Source: an uncultured delta proteobacterium (GTDB lineage Bacteria > Myxococcota_A > Polyangia > Polyangiales > Polyangiaceae). From it: 64,000 bases of DNA. Below, in pieces: positions 61,458 through 64,000 of the stretch (its first letter is position 1; the number at the start of each line of letters is the position of its first letter). The notes under the pieces were generated by a model, which was not told the DNA's origin, made no database searches, and saw only the letters and a program-made list of their open reading frames with translations. Both the position numbers and the translations under genes were made by a program. The DNA is taken from the NCBI GenBank assembly GCA_963850305.1, contig CAWKKR010000011.1, forward strand, positions 160,001 to 224,000. The letters run 5' to 3'.

Positions 61458-63226
61458 CCGCTGAATCCGGATCGCTCGTCGACATGTCGTGGGATCCGAT
61501 CACGCGGATCGTCGGCAGCCTCGGGATCCACACGAAGATCGATTTCGGACAACGACGGGTGGCGGACTGCTGGAGCACGTCGTCGATCTTTCGAGGGTAC
61601 AGCGTGTTCATGCAGGGCAAGGACCCGCGCGACTCGCACTTCATCACGAGCCGCATCTGCGGCATCTGCGGCGACAATCACGCAACATGCTCGGTTTACG
61701 CGCAGAACATGGCGTACGGCGTGAAGCCGCCGCACCTCGCGGAGTGGCTCGTGAACCTCGGGGAAGCCGCCGAGTACATGTTCGACCACAACCTGTTTCA
61801 GGACAACCTCGTCGGAGTCGACTTCTCGGAGAAAGTGGTCCGCGCGACGAACCCCGGCGTCTTCGAGCTAGCCGAAAAGACGGAGGCGCCGCACGCGGCC
61901 GATCACGGACACCGGACGATTGCCGGCATCATGCGCGCGCTGAATCCCTTCTCCGGAGAGCTGTATCGCGAAGCGCTCCATATGAGCCGCCTGACGCGCG
62001 AAATGTTCTGCTTGATGGAGGGACGCCATGTGCACCCCTCTACTCTCTACCCCGGCGGAATCGGCACCGTCCCGACCGTGCAGCTTCTGACGGATTACCT
62101 GACGCGCCTCATGAAGTACGTGGAGTACCTGAAGCGCATCGTGCCGCTGCACGACGATCTCTTCGACTTCTTCTATGAAGCGTTACCGGGGTACGAGCAG
62201 GTCGGCAATCGGCGCATCTTGCTGGGGTGCTGGGGCTCGTTTCAGAACCCCGAGACTTGCGACTTTCAGTACAAGACGATGTCGAGCTGGGGGAACGACA
62301 TGTTCGTCACGCCCGGCATCGTCGTGGACGGCAAGCTCGTGACGACGGACCTCGTAGAGATCAACCTCGGAATCCGTATCTTGCTGGGCAGCTCCTTCTA
62401 CGAGGACTGGGAGGGCACGGGCGAGCTCTTCGTGAAAGAGGATCCGCTCGGCAACCCCATCGACGCGCGCCACCCGTGGAACCAAACGACCGTCCCTCGA
62501 CCCCAGAAGCGGGATCTCGGTGGCAAGTACACCTGGGTCATGTCTCCGCGGTGGCTCGATCGCAGAACCGGCGATCATCTCGCGCTCGATACCGGCGGCG
62601 GGCCGCTCGCGCGGCTCTGGGCCACGGCGCTCGCCGGCAAGGTCGACATCGGGTACGTGAAAGCGACTGGACAAAGCGTGCAGATCCGGCTGCCGAAGAC
62701 GCAATCCCGTCCAGAAATGGAGCTCGACTGGCGCATCCCGGAGTTCAGCAACACCCTCGAGCGTAACCGCGCGCGCTCCTACTTTCAGGCCTATGCGGCG
62801 GCAGCGGCCTTCTTCTTTCTCGAGCGCGCGTTCGCGGAGATACACGCCGGTCGCACACGGACGTTCACGCCGTTCGAAGTTCCGGACGAGGCGATCGGTT
62901 GCGGCTTTCACGAAGCGGTGCGCGGCGTCCTGTCGCATCACATGGTCATCCGCGACAAGAAGATCGCAAACTACCACCCTTACCCGCCGACCCCCTGGAA
63001 CGCGAGCCCGCGCGATTCGTTCGGCACCCGCGGTCCTTACGAGGACGCGGTCACGGGGATGCCGCTCTTCGAGGAAAACGGCAAGGACGACTTCAAGGGC
63101 ATCGACATCATGCGCACGGTCCGGAGCTTCGATCCGTGTCTTCCCTGCGGCGTTCACATGTATCTGGGCGAGGGCAAGGAGCTCCTGGTCCGTCACTCGC
63201 CGACGTTCGGGGTGACGGTGAAATGA
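61454..63226 (+). CDS. hhyL: Group 1h [NiFe]-hydrogenase large subunit
   Basis: WDPITRIVGSL; L1 ITSRICGICGDNHATC; L2 RSFDPCLPCGVH. Confidence 0.93.
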
Positions 63227-63765
63227 CGTCGTCGAACGAGTTTTCCGGGCGCATGCAGCGACTCGAAGAGCTGCTGACCGAAGTGGAGCTCGCCGCGGAC
63301 GAACGTTCCCTTACGCCGGTGCGCGCTCTCGTGAGGACGCTGATGGACGTGCACTGCGGAGCCCTCGAGCAGATCCTCGGGACTCTCGGCGACGCACGGA
63401 CGGCGGACGGACGCGACCTGAAGTCGGTCCTGCTCGAAGACCCGGCGGTGTCGAGCCTGCTCCTCATGCACGACCTCCACCCGTCGAGCCTGACGGACCG
63501 TGCGCGGCGCGCCCTCGACGAAGCCCACTCCCTCGCCGGAGCTCACGCAACGGCCGAGCTGGTGCGCATTGACGGCGAACGCGTGTTCGTCCGCATTCGC
63601 GAGGAGAAGCGGGGCGCCGCGGCCCTGCTCCGCAAAGCCGTCGAGCGAACGCTCGGCGAGCGGACCCCGGACGCCCTGTTCGAGATCGAGGGCGGAGACG
63701 CGACGGACGGCGGCTTCGTGCCGGTTTCGCGCCTTCACTCGCGGTCGCGAGGTGCCGCGCCGTGA
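63223..63765 (+). CDS. NifU-like / HhyE-type accessory protein lacking CxxC
   Basis: LVRTLMDVH..AL, DPAVSSLLLMHDLHP..L.DRARRALD; position directly after the large subunit. Confidence 0.7.
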   Translation: MTSSNEFSGRMQRLEELLTEVELAADERSLTPVRALVRTLMDVHCGALEQILGTLGDARTADGRDLKSVLLEDPAVSSLLLMHDLHPSSLTDRARRALDEAHSLAGAHATAELVRIDGERVFVRIREEKRGAAALLRKAVERTLGERTPDALFEIEGGDATDGGFVPVSRLHSRSRGAAP

Positions 63766-64000
63766 CCGCGACGCGCTTCTACTCCGCGCTCGGCGCTCTG
63801 CGTCGATTCACGGCCCCGCCTCGAACCGACGAACGGTGTGACCTGTGCGGCGCTCGCGTCGCGGAAGAACACGAGCATCTTCTCGATCCCTCGAGTCGGG
63901 GATTGTCGTGTGCATGCGTCGCCTGTGCCACGTTGTTCTCCGGCGACGGCGCGACTCATCGCCGCCGTGTCGTGTCGCGTGCGGTGCCGCTCGACGACGT
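63762..64000 (+). CDS. DUF5947/HhaA-like hydrogenase-associated protein (partial at window edge)
   Basis: GTG 63762: ...ERCDLCG..VAEEHEHLLD...LSCACVACATLF. Confidence 0.75.
   Translation, partial: MTATRFYSALGALRRFTAPPRTDERCDLCGARVAEEHEHLLDPSSRGLSCACVACATLFSGDGATHRRRVVSRAVPLDD

Overview
GC-rich bacterial DNA whose gene content points to Myxococcota, most likely a Polyangiaceae/Sorangium-like organism. The evidence is a FrzS/AglZ-type pseudo-receiver coiled-coil protein, three eukaryote-like Ser/Thr kinase domains, an ECF/FecR pair and DAG/DGG-rich lipoproteins; this is inference from content only. The backbone carries hisE (partial), cdd, a purine nucleoside phosphorylase, a speD-like gene, infA, priA, lysC, pheT, oligopeptidase A and a GldA/F/G-like ABC system. 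An accessory island at about 15.0-22.1 kb is the most interesting part. It holds two translationally coupled gene pairs set back-to-back about 26 bp apart. One pair is a minimal nucleotidyltransferase with a long helical tail plus a calcineurin-like phosphoesterase. The other is a 120-aa putative nuclease toxin plus a 495-aa protein with an immunity-like N-terminus and an ImmA/IrrE-like domain lacking HEXXH. These are followed by a ~14.5 x 42-bp tandem array, a RelE/ParE toxin-antitoxin pair, and an MntA-HepT pair whose toxin is split across a partial duplication. Also notable: orphan fliO-fliP/sctR export genes, an unannotated 51-aa four-Cys protein, a three-gene HATPase/STAS/HATPase partner-switch cassette, and, divergent from that cassette, a hypFCDE plus group 1h [NiFe]-hydrogenase operon. 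At least eight +1 frameshifts, five of them at GATC-like sites, look like sequencing artefacts and create a false 1465-aa fusion ORF. No tRNA, rRNA, CRISPR array, integrase or intact transposase was seen. All family assignments come from motif recognition by eye, not from database searches.
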